Assembly (NCBI RefSeq): GCF_009914755.1
Contig: NC_060931.1
Source of the DNA: the human T2T-CHM13v2.0 reference genome, Homo sapiens
Strand: one strand, 5' to 3'
DNA: 64,000 nucleotides
Below are positions 42,064-60,003 of the stretch, piece after piece. Position numbers and translations under genes: made by a program. How positions within the stretch are numbered: the stretch's first letter is position 1; each line of letters begins with the position of its first letter. Below the pieces are notes generated by a model, which saw nothing but the letters and a program-made list of their open reading frames with translations, made no database searches and was not told the origin of the DNA.

Positions 42064-45000
42064 CAGTCCCTGTCTTTTTAAATAGACTCTCTACCTAAGT
42101 GCACAAATACTCATTATTTACATTTAGTTATTTCTGTATATATGCTATAAGCAAATCTTGTAGCACCAGTTTGATTTTTATAAGGCACAAGAATATATTT
42201 TACTAATGCTTTAAAATGGCAGCTAGATTCTAGTATTACTTTAGAAATTAAAATTAATATTTTAACACATCTTTCATTATTGTGTTATCTGAACCAAACC
42301 TATTATTGCTGCTATTTCAGCAAATCCAGGGGCTTTTTCTTATAAAATATGAAGAATATAGCTTAGATTTCTAGTGAAGATGTTACCAGTAATAATTAAT
42401 AAAATCAGTAAGCACTAAAAGGAAAATACCAAAACTAAAGCATTTTGAATTAGTCATTGAATCTAAAAGAAAGGTAGATTTTTTTCTGAGATTCTGTTCT
42501 AGGTGTGGTATATGTGTATTTTTGCAAAAACTATAAACAATTGTGGCAAAATGAAGGAAATATTTAAAAACAAACCTCTTAATTCTTCAGTGGATTAAGC
42601 GTGAATATGTTTTTATTTTCTATGATGAATATGGAAAAATTCATTTCCTTAGCAATTTGTATGAGCCCAAAAACTATTGTCAGACTCTGCTGTATCAAAA
42701 TAGACAAAAAATTGACACTCACTTTTACCCTGCCAAAAGCAAAATCTTAAACTTTTGCTTTAGTATATAAGCCAGCATTCATTGTATCCTATGATGGGTT
42801 CTGAGTGTAGGTGTATTTGCTTTCTTCCATTTTTTGTATGCATGTTTTCTTTTTATTTATTATTGTAAGTTGTATGAAATTTTTATCCAAATTTTTATTT
42901 TCTTCTGATTAATAATCAGAATAATCAGATAATTACTGGTAAATTTGATGTTAATCCTTCCAGCTTTTTCCCATGGGAATTTATACTTAATAAAGGGGAG
43001 AAGTCATCATTACATAATGTGCATATTAATCTGCTTCTCCCTTTAATGTGTTGTGAATGCCTTTCCATGTCATTAGATGTTTTTCTACCTAGTTACTTTC
43101 ATGAATCATATGGCTGTACCATGATTTATTTAATCAGTTCCTCATCATTGAGTATGTAAATTGCCTCCATTTTTTTATTACTATAAAAGGTCCTTCAGTA
43201 CACACCCCTTTAAAAGCTGACTCTTAGAAGGTGTTCTTGACTCTCTACCTAAGTGTAAAAATACAAATAAATTGCTTTCCAGAAAAGGTGCACTACTATT
43301 TTACTTTCCTGATACTAAACTATGAAAATTCAGTCCTAACAATAGATATTTAAATAAAGTTTTAAAAATGCCAAGTGAAAAAGAGCATATTATTATTTTC
43401 ATTTGCATTACTTTTGGTTCCTGGTGAGTTTAATCTGTTTTTGTATATTAATTATGCATTTATATTTCTTTTTGTGTGTGTGAATTGCCTTTCATGTTCT
43501 TTGTGTGTTTTTATTTTGTTGTATTTGTCTCTTTCTTGATATATGAGAGAATATTTTCCCTAGCCTGTCAATTGCCTTGTAATTTTGTTTCTAGTGAGTT
43601 TTTTTTTTTTTTTTTACAATTAAAAGCTTTAATTTTTGAAAATTTTGCTGGCAAATCTATATATCTTTTTCTTTGTTTTCTGCTTTGACATTATTCTTTT
43701 ATAAAGGCCCATGCCACCCAAATATTATGTAAGCATGCATCTATGTTTTTATTACTTCATCTTTTACATTTAAATATCTACTCTATTTAGAATTCATTGT
43801 GATGCATGTATGAGGTAGAAATCTAATTTCAAAAAGATGAGTATCCAGTTTGTCCATCATTTATTGCATGATCTCTTTCTCCACTGAATTAAAATGCCGT
43901 ATTTTATAATATATTAAAGTATTACATGTGCTTGGACATGTTCCTGGACTTTTGAGATAAATCAGTCTATTTCTTTGTCATGTCACATATTATTATGGCT
44001 TTATGATTTAATATCCAGTAATGTAAACCCTCTGACACATTATTCTTATTCCTCAAATGTTTTTGATGAGTTTTCTTCCAAATGAAATTTATAATCATTT
44101 TATTCATTGATTCAACAAATATTTGTTGAATGGATATTCTGTGCTTGGTATTGTGCATGGTATTAGGATTGTTGCAAAAATTGAGACTGACAGTCCCTAC
44201 TCTTACGGTGCTAAAAATTCACTTCCAAAAAAATCTTTAAATGTTGATGAAGATTGCACTAATCTTGTAAAATAACTTGGAGGGGAATGTAATCTTTGCA
44301 ACATTAAGTTCTTCATTTTAGAAAGTTTTAAGACTCTCCATTTATTTGAGACTTTTAAAATATGTCCCAATAATGTTTTGTGAGATGTATATTTTAAGAT
44401 ATATATCTTATTGCTATTACATTGTATCTTTTGTTATATTGTTACTATGAATGGGATACTCATTTAATTAGATGTCATTTTTGGTATATAGAAATCTATT
44501 TTCTTAGCATAGTCATTTTTTAAACCTCGATCTATTAAATTCTTGATTCATTTACATTTGTTACACAATCATATTCTATGCTGATAATACTTCTTGCTTC
44601 TTTCCAATATTTGTACCTCGATCATTTTTCTTGTTGAGTTGTATTAGCTAGAAGTTCTAGAAAAATGTTAAATGGTAGTAATAGCTAGTATTCTGTTTTT
44701 TCCTGACTCTAAATGTAATGCATCTAGACTTTTATAATTATGGCATTGATTGTAACATTTTGAGGAAGAAATCCTTTTTCAGGTTAATAATGTATCTTTA
44801 TATTCAAGTTTATTAAGAACATTTATTGGAAACATATTGAAATTTTATCAGATTCCTTTTCAGTTGTTACTGAGATAATCATAGGTTCTTCTGTATTCTT
44901 TTAATTAATTTCTCAAAATTAAACTGTCCTAGTATTCTTGGAATAACGACATATAAAGTACTGTATATTTAAAAGAAGTTAAAATGATAATGGTGATTTT

Positions 45001-46534
45001 ATTAAGTGACCTCACACAATAGAAAACAGTGTAGCCTTAGAAGTTTTCCAAGTGACCATTCTACTTAGAAACAACCCTGCTTTGGGATCAGAACTGTAAT
45101 TTTTAAAGTAAAGTTTTCTGGGTTTAATTCATTTAGTGTAATTACAAGCATGAGTTCAGGTTTCTATTTTTTTCACCTGAACTTTCCTTCATGGTTTGAA
45201 TATCTAGAAAAAGCAGACTTTCCTATCTCTAGACTAAACATTTGATCCTATCTTAGGTATGCATTACAATTTTTTAACCATAAATGGTTAAAGAATTTAG
45301 ACTCATCTACAATAACTTTGAAGCTCTGGTCTTGAAGAACATGTGAGAAATGAGATATAACTCCTAGAAGATATAGGAGACATTTTTAGTCTTCCAAATT
45401 TTCCCTGGGAGGCTGATCTAAATTGAGTCACAAAATTGTTCCCACCAGGAATGCAATCACTTGAGCTGTTTTCTAATCTGAGCCCCTCTACCCAGATGAT
45501 CTTCTGAACTCATACTGTTCAGACTTTCATCCTTCTGAGTAGAAAACAGCCATAGTCATGGCAGGATGAGGGCTAGGACAATTACCCAAGGAATTCTTGG
45601 CCTCTGCCATGGGACTCTGCAGACTCAGATCATATAATCAGAGATGTTAGCACTGGAGGGGACATCACAATTAGCTTTCTCCACCTCTTAGTTTATCAGT
45701 GAGGAAAACTGTCCAGAGCGCGGAAGAGACTAAAATAACACAGCCAATGTAGGTAATGTGCTGGATAAGAATTTGGAATTCACGATTTTGAATTCAGTGT
45801 TTATTTCACCATCACGCTGGCTTACACGTTGGTATCAGGCTTCTTCTATTATTGAAGTGAGCCATTAAGTGAATTCCATCTTGATTTGTGTCTGATACAG
45901 AGTAATAAACTATTTTATTAAATATCCAAATAATTATACATTCCTCCTTCTTACATGCAAGCCTAAGTTTGCTTGTACTATTTCATGTGGTAGCAAATCA
46001 GGACGCTTCTTGTGTCTCTGAAAATACTCTGAGTAATGGAGTACAGTCAGCTTTCTTGTACCAAGAATATAGGGACTATGTTTCTCCCAGTCATTCTGGG
46101 GATAATTTTTGTGAAGGATTGCACTTCATAGGTTAAGCTAGGTATCAGTTACCAGTGTTTTTTCCAAATAAAAAAAAAATCAGGTGATATCTGTAAATGG
46201 TTCCATTGTAAATATTAAAGAACATGATGCTTGAAACAGATTAGGGAAAACTATAGAAGGGGTGGGGTTTCGGAGTGCTAATTTTGTCCTTGAATGGTAA
46301 CAGCTCCATGTCGTGGTGAGGTTTATGTTGGTTTGCTGTTTGCAGATGATCTTATTATTAGAAATTTTCATACCGAAAATAAACTGCATTTTAGTTTGTA
46401 AACATGCCCTTCCAGAGTAATGCTACCAGTTCTTTGTGAAATAGCTACTGTTGTTCAAAGGATGACTATGTCCTCTTCGGTTGAGGAAAGATGACAACAA
46501 ACTCAGTAATGACATGTAAAATAGGTATTACAAA

Positions 46535-46688
46535 CCAGGTATGGTGGCATGAGCCTGTAATCCCAGCTACTTGAGAGGCTAAAGCAGGAGGATCTGTTGA
46601 TCTATGGATTTGAGGCTGTAGTGTGTTGTGATGGCACCTATGAATAGCCCTTGCACTCCAGCCCAAGCAACAAAGCAAGACTGTCTCT
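46535..46688 (+). mobile_element. FAM (fossil Alu monomer)
   Basis: Contains the FAM/7SL-type segment gcacctatgaatagcccttgcactccagc, absent from dimeric Alu. Confidence 0.75.
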
Positions 46689-46690
46689 GA

Positions 46691-47010
<320 letters not shown>

Positions 47011-48537
47011 CCTGTCTCTGAATTTTTTAAAAAGGCATTCCACTCAAATTAATACACATTTTAATTGTGTTTTGTTGTAAATTACAACTGAATAAAAATT
47101 CAGCAAATAAGTCTGTTGTGGTAGGGAAAAGTCTATTGTGATCTGGAAAATATAATGGAGAAATCCAGTGGAAGAGATTTTATTTCACATTACTCAAAAT
47201 AAAAAAATCTTATACAAGTCTTTACACTTGTAACTTGAAAAATTCTGTGCTAAAATTTAGCTTGGTTGCTAAAATATTTCTCTTTTTTTCTCAGAAGCTT
47301 CTTTTTAGCATCCTATAGACACAAGTTACTTTTTAAAATATTTGCATACTTGCTTTGCAATGTATTGTTTATCAGTAGTTCTATATTCTTTGAGATAGTC
47401 TATCCAGTCTTTCTGTATTTATCGTATGTCTGTATAGATATATATTAGCAGATAAATGAGTTCTGAAAGGGGAGAAATGTGATTATGCTAATCATGATAT
47501 AAAGAATTGACTTTATAAGCAGTGTTCACAGGTCATACCTTTCCCGTTACTGTCTTACAGTGAACAAGAAATGATGCTTTGTCTGGTATGCATGGTAAAT
47601 AATGCCCCTTGCTCTCTGCTTCATGATCACATGTGATACTTCTAACATAGATAGCACATGTAAATCCAGTGGCCTTGACTGCAACTCAAGAGAGCATTTT
47701 GGCCAAGTACAAACCCACTAGTCATGAAAAAAAAAAAAAAACCAAATCAAAGTAAATTGATGGTATTGACATTTGTCTATGAAAAACAACATAATATAGA
47801 ACAATTCTGGGGTAAAATATTGATCTAAAATAATTTTAAGGATTAAATATTGCCATTGTAAGCATACTATGAGCAATTATGTTTGTAATGCAGATATATT
47901 TATAATTTTAAATCCAAGATTTACCTTAATTGTACATTTTCCTAATTTAAAAAAGTTATTTTGAAAAAAAAATCCTCGAATCTAGAGAAAGGTTGGCAAA
48001 TACATATGGAACTTTGTAAAAAACATCCAGGGCAGCACTTTCACTGATTACAGTAGCTTAGGAGTGAAAAACAACACAACTGCTCCAATGTATGGCAATG
48101 GGCAAATATCCCGATTTATTCACAGGGTGGCATGTTAGGCAGCGCTTAGAATAAATGAGTTGGTTATACAAGTATCAATAGGGATAAATGTGAAAAACAC
48201 AGTGTTAAGTTTTTAAAAAGTTGTAAAAAGCACAGTAGGATGTTATTTATATAAAATTTAAAAACCTCAAAAACCATTCTTCTTTGATATATATTCTAAA
48301 GATGAACATATATGTAATAGAAGTACAAAACATACATAAAATAATATACACTATGCAGTCATTTGTGTACTTACTTTTCAAAAATATTTCAGTAGATATA
48401 GCAAACAGTTAACATGTAATATTTGGGTAGGAGGTTGGCAATTTTCTTTTTAGCACCTGCCTGTCTGCTATCATTCAAACTCACATTTAAAATGTGGCTA
48501 TGTGAGATGAGAGAACTATAATATTCCAGGTTTGTGA

Positions 48538-49257
48538 TTAGTTTGGAAACTTTTTAAAAGTTTGAATGTGGTCTGAGAGATAGTTTGTTATAATTTCTGT
48601 TCTTTTACATTTGCTGAGGAGAGCTTTACTTCCAACTATGTGGTCAATTTTGGAATAGGTGTGGTGTGGTGCTGAAAAAAATGTATATTCTGTTGATTTG
48701 GGGTGGAGAGTTCTGTAGATGTCTATTAGGTCTGCTTGGTGCAGAGCTGAGTTCAATTCCTGGGTATCCTTGTTGACTTTCTGTCTCGTTGATCTGTCTA
48801 ATGTTGACAGTGGGGTGTTAAAGTCTCCCATTATTAATGTGTGGGAGTCTAAGTCTCTTTGTAGGTCACTCAGGACTTGCTTTATGAATCTGGGTGCTCC
48901 TGTATTGGGTGCATAAATATTTAGGATAGTTAGCTCCTCTTGTTGAATTGATCCCTTTACCATTATGTAATGGCCTTCTTTGTCTCTTTTGATCTTTGTT
49001 GGTTTAAAGTCTGTTTTATCAGAGACTAGGATTGCAACCCCTGCCTTTTTTTGTTTTCCATTGGCTTGGTAGATCTTCCTCCATCCTTTTATTTTGAGCC
49101 TATGTGTGTCTCTGCACGTGAGATGGGTTTCCTGAATACAGCACACTGATGGGTCTTGACTCTTTATCCAATTTGCCAGTCTGTGTCTTTTAATTGGAGC
49201 ATTTAGTCCATTTATATTTAAAGTTAATATTGTTATGTGTGAATTTGATCCTGTCAT
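48538..49257 (-). pseudogene. L1 ORF2 endonuclease domain (residues 1-230 plus 9 genomic residues), open frame
   Basis: MTGSNSHITILTLNINGLN...CIQET...GDFN...SKIDH...NYLSDH, then IQTFKKFPN from flanking DNA. Confidence 0.9.
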
Positions 49258-49320
49258 TATGATGTTAGCTGGTGATTTTGCTCATTAGTTGATGCAGTTT
49301 CTTCCTAGTCTCGATGGTCT

Positions 49321-52645
<3,325 letters not shown>

Positions 52646-54231
52646 ACAATGAGATCACATGGACACAGGAAGGGGAATATCACACTCTGGGGACTGTGGT
52701 GGGGTCGGGGGAGGGGGGAGGGATAGCATTGGGAGATATACCTAATGCTAGATGACACGTTAGTGGGTGCAGCGCACCAGCATGGCACATGTATACATAT
52801 GTAACTAACCTGCACAATGTGCACATGTACCCTAAAACTTAGAGTATAAAAAAAAAAAAAAAAAAGTTTGAATGTTTTCATGCATTCAGAGCCTTGGTTG
52901 ACATAGTTAATTAAAAATAAAACATTGTATATAAAGCACAGAATGAGCAGCTACACAAAGCTGCTCAATCAATGACAGCTCTATATGGGTTAGGGTTTCT
53001 TGTGGGGATGACATTGATGTAGAAAGCATGGTCATCTATTGAGAATGATGGGGCTGGAGGTATTGGATACTTGAGGTTTAGAAAATACATTGTAGAAAAT
53101 GGACAAAAACCCCTCAAATTAAGGGATGAGGCAGAATAATGCTTGGCAATACCAGGGGTAGGCTGCAGTCTTTCTTGGAAATATATATTTTAAATGGAAC
53201 CAATTATCATAGCATCATTTCCTCTCAGGGTTACCCTCTGATCCCTATTTTACTAAATCGTTATAAAACAAAATGAGGAATTATGTGTCCTTCCCTTTTG
53301 AAGCCAATGTAACAAGATGGGTAAGAATTAGACCTCCTGAGTTCAAAATCCCTGGATTCAGATCTATTCCTGTATATTCAGGAGAAGTGGTAATAAATTC
53401 GATGGACAATTTGGTTTAGTAGTCGATTGAGGACCCTGATGAGGTATATTTGGGAAAACATAACTTCCGCTCTCTCTCATTGACTCACGGGCCTTTGAGG
53501 AGTCCAGGAGTCATTGGAATCTGGCCTGAGGTTGAGGCTGCTGGCAAAACTCCTTCCCCAAAGTCCATTCCTATTGCTGACTGAGAAGGGACTAGCATTG
53601 GAAGTGGCTGATTTTAAATACCGCTAGTGCTGGTGTGCTCCTCCCTCCCATTCCCAGCTCTGCTTTGTGTAGTTGCCTTGAGAAGCTAAGTTCATTCTGA
53701 AAATAATGCCATTGCACAAAACACTTTTGAAAGTTCTAGTTTGAAATTACATCAGGTCACTTGGTCTGTGTGGCCTCAGTTTCTTCATCTGCCATGTGAA
53801 AATAATAATGCCTACTCTGTAGCAAAGAAAGTCTCTATAGTAAACAAAAAAAAAGCCTACTCTGATACTGAAAGTTGTTATGAAAAATAAAAAAGGGAAA
53901 TGCTTTAGAAACTGTTAAGTGCTATGTAGATGTTACTAATTAACAAACCATTTCAGAAACTATACTTTTTATTTTATGGCCACTATTCACTGTTTAACTT
54001 AAAATACCTCATATGTAAACTTGTCTCCCACTGTTGCTATAACAAATCCCAAATCTTATTTCAAAGTACCAAGATATTGAAAATAGTGCTAAGAGTTTCA
54101 CATATGGTATGACCCTCTATATAAACTCATTTTAAGTCTCCTCTAAAGATGAAAAGTCTTGTGTTGAAATTCTCAGGGTATTTTATGAGAAATAAATGAA
54201 ATTTAATTTCTCTGTTTTTCCCCTTTTGTAG

Positions 54232-54510
<279 letters not shown>

Positions 54511-57500
54511 TAAATTAGGTAGTGAGCTGGTACAAGTAAGGGATAAATGCTGAAATTAATTTAATATGCCTATTAAATAAATGGCAGGAATAATTAATGC
54601 TCTTAATTATCCTTGATAATTTAATTGACTTAAACTGATAATTATTGAGTATCTTCTGTAAACTGCCTCTGTTGTAGTTTTTTTTTTCTCCTAATCATGT
54701 TATCATTTTTTTGGAATCCATGGTTTCCTGTTAAGATGACTCACACAGCCTACATAAAAGTAATTGACAAAATATCATCTTATAGTAAAATGCCACATAT
54801 CTTTATGTTCAGCAAGAAGAGTATAATATATGATTGTTAATGATAACCCAAACAACAAAAGATTTCACCTTAACTGGTTGTCATAAGTAGTAGTATCCAC
54901 CGCCTTATTTTGAGTTGGATTTTTATCATCCTATGAGCCCTACAAATTTAAAGTTTTTGGAACAGCACGTGCATTGAACCCATAAGAACCTACTCTGCTT
55001 TTCTGCATGTATTGTCCAGACAAGAGACCAAACTGCCGAGGCATCATTTAGGTGAATTCTAATTAACATTTAGCTACCTTACAACCACAATTCAAGGTTG
55101 TTTCAAAGGCATGTGCTTGCATCATCCTGATTCACTACCATGTGTTACTAACTTGGATCTGCAAAGTCATTATAAAAAGCTGTTTTGATGGACTTATTTG
55201 GATATTGCTTTACCCTTCTTCTCTCTTTTCTTTTATCAATGTAAAAACATTATATGTTAAATACTTGGCTTTTAAGAGCATAGATCTGAAATCTGCCTCT
55301 AGCAAATAACCCATAACACTTCTAAGATATACCTGCAAGGTCAATTGTGTTGTAAAACCTTGATAACCATACTTTATTGTTCAAAAAAGCCTTTTATGAA
55401 GGCAGAAGTTAAAAAAAAAAAACAAAAAAAACAGAGTCCACAGTTATCACCTCAGCTACAATCTCATCAGTTCACAAGTACCAGCAAAACATGTGATAAG
55501 TCAACAAATGTTTTATTTCAATCTGAACATTTTACATAAGTGAAGACATTGTTAGATATCATTTGGAATGTGGAATCTACACAGTTGGCATATCAGAGAA
55601 GGTTGAATTCAGTTTAATAAATGTTTATAGAAAGTGCTTGTTATCATAATGATAATAGCTCAGGATGTGCATGACAAGCTTTTAAGCGATTGGGTACACT
55701 ATCTCATTTGATCTTCTGCACAACTATTAATGGTAGGTACTATTATCCCTATCTTATGGATAAGTAAACTAAGATTTAAAAAGTACAGAACATGGTGTGA
55801 ACACTGCTTCAAAATTTCTAAAATAGGTAAATCACGATCTCTAAACTGGAGGGTTGTCCAACCACTAGGGACAATAGAGTACTGATATTTAGTGGTCAGA
55901 CTGTAATGCGGGAAGAGACAGGCATGGGCTAAACGGGTGTAGAGATCAAATAAGGGGCAGGTTAGTTTGTAAACATGTCCATATGTAACATTTAGCACAA
56001 ATACAGGATATAGGTGCTTTCAGACCCAGCTGCATTGATAAAAAGTTAGGTGGTATTGTATTTGTCTTCCTTTCTCAATGTTGCATATCTGTGTTCTTGC
56101 CCAGTTTGCTTCATCTCTCTAGCCACACTTATTGGCCTACAATGGCATCATCACCAAAGAAGGCAATCCCATCTCCGTGTGGCTTTGGTTTGCTCCCTAA
56201 AGTAAACCTTGTGTTTACTTTTCCCAGGTCTCATGCTTTCCCATATCTGACCTGTTTTGTCCTCATGGCCAGGATATGTGGGACCTTTCCTACAATGTTC
56301 CAAAGTTTGTAATAGAGCTCTTCTCTGCTTTGTTCCAAATTCTGCAACATTTTACTTTAAATAATGAATTTAAATACAAACAAACTTGAGCTTTGCCTAT
56401 ACTTTTCAAGAATGCAGAGATAACTAAATTAATAAAAATATTCATTGAGTCCTTACTGTGCACACAGCTCTATGTTAAGCCTTGTGCAGAACTCAAAGTC
56501 ACTCGAGACTAAGCCTGTTACTAAGTTATGTGCAATTTAGCTCAGTGGATTTCCCCCACTTCATATTGCTCTGATAATGTTTTGGAATTAACTGCCTTGA
56601 TTCCTTCTTTTCTCTGCTTGTCTATACACTATTTATTATTCTACACCATCTCAAATTCTAACTCCTCAAGAAAATCCTTCCAGATGATTTTTCTAACCAG
56701 GAGTTTTAACTTCCTTTTAACTACCCTATTACTGTCTACTTCCTTAACTCATCTATCATATTATATTTAGTTATTTATATACTAGGTCGCCTTGAAGAAG
56801 GGATTGTGTTTTCATAAATCTTAATAATCCCTGAGGCATCAAGTACAGTGATTTGCATTTACTAAATGCTCAACAAATATGTGAGGGATTCACTTGAAAC
56901 TAATATTAGATAATTCCCAGTCAAAGTGATCTAATAGCAAATCAATTCTTCAGTTTTATAGGCAAAGTATGACTCTGGTTTTCCATAATCATAATTAATT
57001 TGTCAACTTTATAATTTTAATTAAGTAAATTTAATTGGTAGATAAATAAGTAGATAAAAAATAATTTACCTGCTTAACTACGTTTCATATAGCATTGCAT
57101 TTTTCTTTGTAAAATTTAAGAATTTTGTATTAATAAACTTTTTTACAAAAGTATTAATTATTCAGTTATTCATCATATACTTTTATTGACTTAAAAGTAA
57201 TTTTATTCAAAAGAGTTAGTATAGGACTACATGAAAAATTCAAGGCCAAGGCTTAATTTCAAATTTCACTGCCTTTGGCTCTATCTTTTAAAACAAAACA
57301 AAAAACTCCCGCACAATATCAATGGGTATTTAAGTATAATATCATTCTCATTGTGAGGAGAAAAAATAATTATTTCTGCCTAGATGCTGGGAAATAAAAC
57401 AACTAGAAGCATGCCAGTATAATATTGACTGTTGAAAGAAACATTTATGAACCTGAGAAGATAGTAAGCTAGATGAATAGAATATAATTTTCATTACCTT

Positions 57501-57608
57501 TACTTAATAATGAATGCATAATAACTGAATTAGTCATATTATAATTTTACTTATAATATATTTGTATTTTGTTTGTTGAAATTATCTAACTTTCCATTTT
57601 TCTTTTAG

Positions 57609-57710
<102 letters not shown>

Positions 57711-58517
57711 TGATTTAATCTTTTAGGCACTATTGTTATAAATTATACAACTGGAAAGGCGGAGTTTTCCTGGGTCAGATAATAGTAATTAGTGGTTAAG
57801 TCTTGCTCAGCTCTAGCTTCCCTATTCTGGAAACTAAGAAAGGTCAATTGTATAGCAGAGCACCATTCTGGGGTCTGGTAGAACCACCCAACTCAAAGGC
57901 ACCTTAGCCTGTTGTTAATAAGATTTTTCAAAACTTAATTCTTATCAGACCTTGCTTCTTTTTAAAACTTTAAATCTGTTATGTACTTTGGCCAGATATG
58001 ATACCTGAGCAATTCTTGTTCTGGGTTGTCTTATGTGAAAAATAAATTCAAGGTCCTTGGGACAGATAATGTGTTTTATTTAACTTTGCATATCCATTAC
58101 TTAAAACAGCATTGGACCCACAGCTGGTACAAAATTAATTACTGTTGAATTGAGCAAATATTTATTCTAAATGTCTCTGTCAAATGACAGAGTGTGGTTG
58201 TGTGGATTAAGTCCCTGGAGAGAGTTCTTTGTTCTCTCATGTTCTATGCTGTGGTTCTTGCTTTATGCAAAAAGAAGTAAGTTACTTAAAACCTGGACAT
58301 GATACTTAAGATGTCCAATCTTGATTCCACTGAATAAAAATATGCTTAAAAATGCACTGACTTGAAATTTGTTTTTTGGGAAAACCGATTCTATGTGTAG
58401 AATGTTTAAGCACATTGCTATATGCTCCATGTAATGATTACCTAGATTTTAGTGTGCTCAGAACCACGAAGTGTTTGATCATATAAGCTCCTTTTACTTG
58501 CTTTCTTTCATATATGA

Positions 58518-58745
<228 letters not shown>

Positions 58746-58858
58746 TAGCAACCTATTTTCATAACTTGAAAGTTTTAAAAATTATGTTTTCAAAAAGCCC
58801 ACTTTAGTAAAACCAGGACTGCTCTATGCATAGAACAGTGATCTTCAGTGTCATTAAA

Positions 58859-59166
58859 TTTTTTTTTTTTTTTTTTTTTTGAGACAGAGTCTAGATCTGT
58901 CACCCAGGCTGGAGTGCAGTGGCACGATCTTGGCTCACTGCACTGCAACTTCTGCCTCCCAGGCTCAAGCAATTCTCCTGCCTCAGCCTCCGGAGTAGCT
59001 GGGATTAGAGGCGCATGCCACCACACCCAGCTAATTTTTGTATTTTAGTAGAGACAGGGTTTCACCAGGTTGCCCAGGCTGGTCTCGAATGCCTGACCTC
59101 AGGTGATCCGCCCACCTCGGCCTCCCAAAGTACTGATATTACAGGCATGAGCTACCGCGCCCGGCC
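58859..59166 (-). mobile_element. AluS in intron 6
   Basis: T22 tract, gagacagagtct...gcccggcc; internal 5-bp duplication cactgcactg. Confidence 0.92.
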
Positions 59167-59499
59167 TAAAAAATACTTTTTAAGATGGTGTAAATATTAC
59201 TTTCTGTATCAATGGTACATTTTTTACTTGTCAGTCTCTAGAATTTCTTTATAAATATGTTGATTCAGTTCATTTTTGTAGATTATAAAACAGGTAAAAA
59301 AGGATAAAACATTTATGTGAATTAAAGGGAATACCTAATTTTTGTGTAGAGTTTATTAGCTTTTACTACTCTGGTTTATGGATCGTCACACCAGAGCCTT
59401 AGTTACTTTGTGTTACAGAATAACTAATATGAGTGAATGAATGACTTACACAAGTCACTGCTTAGGATAAAGGGCTTGAGTTTGTCAGCTAGAGTATGA

Positions 59500-59735
59500 C
59501 AGAAAGTATCTAAGTTTTGGAGTCAAGTAGCACTTTGTTTGAATCCCAGATTGCATGCTTACTAGTTATGTGACCTTAGTCAAGCCACTTCACCTCACTG
59601 AGTCTTTGCTTTTTTCATCTCTAAAATAGAGATACCCACCGCTCATAGGCTGTCATAAGGGATAGAGATAGCATATGGAATGAGTCTGTACAGCGTCTGG
59701 CACATAGGAGGCATTTACCAAACAGTAGTTATTAT
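59500..59735 (+). mobile_element. MIR SINE
   Basis: ttttggagtcaag...tttgaatcccag...tgtgaccttagtcaagccacttcacctcactgag. Confidence 0.7.
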
Positions 59736-59847
59736 TTTTGTTACCATCTATTTGATAATAAAATAATGCCCATCTGTTGAATAAAAGAAATATGACTTAA
59801 AACCTTGAGCAGTTCTTAATAGATAATTTGACTTGTTTTTACTATTA

Positions 59848-60003
<156 letters not shown>

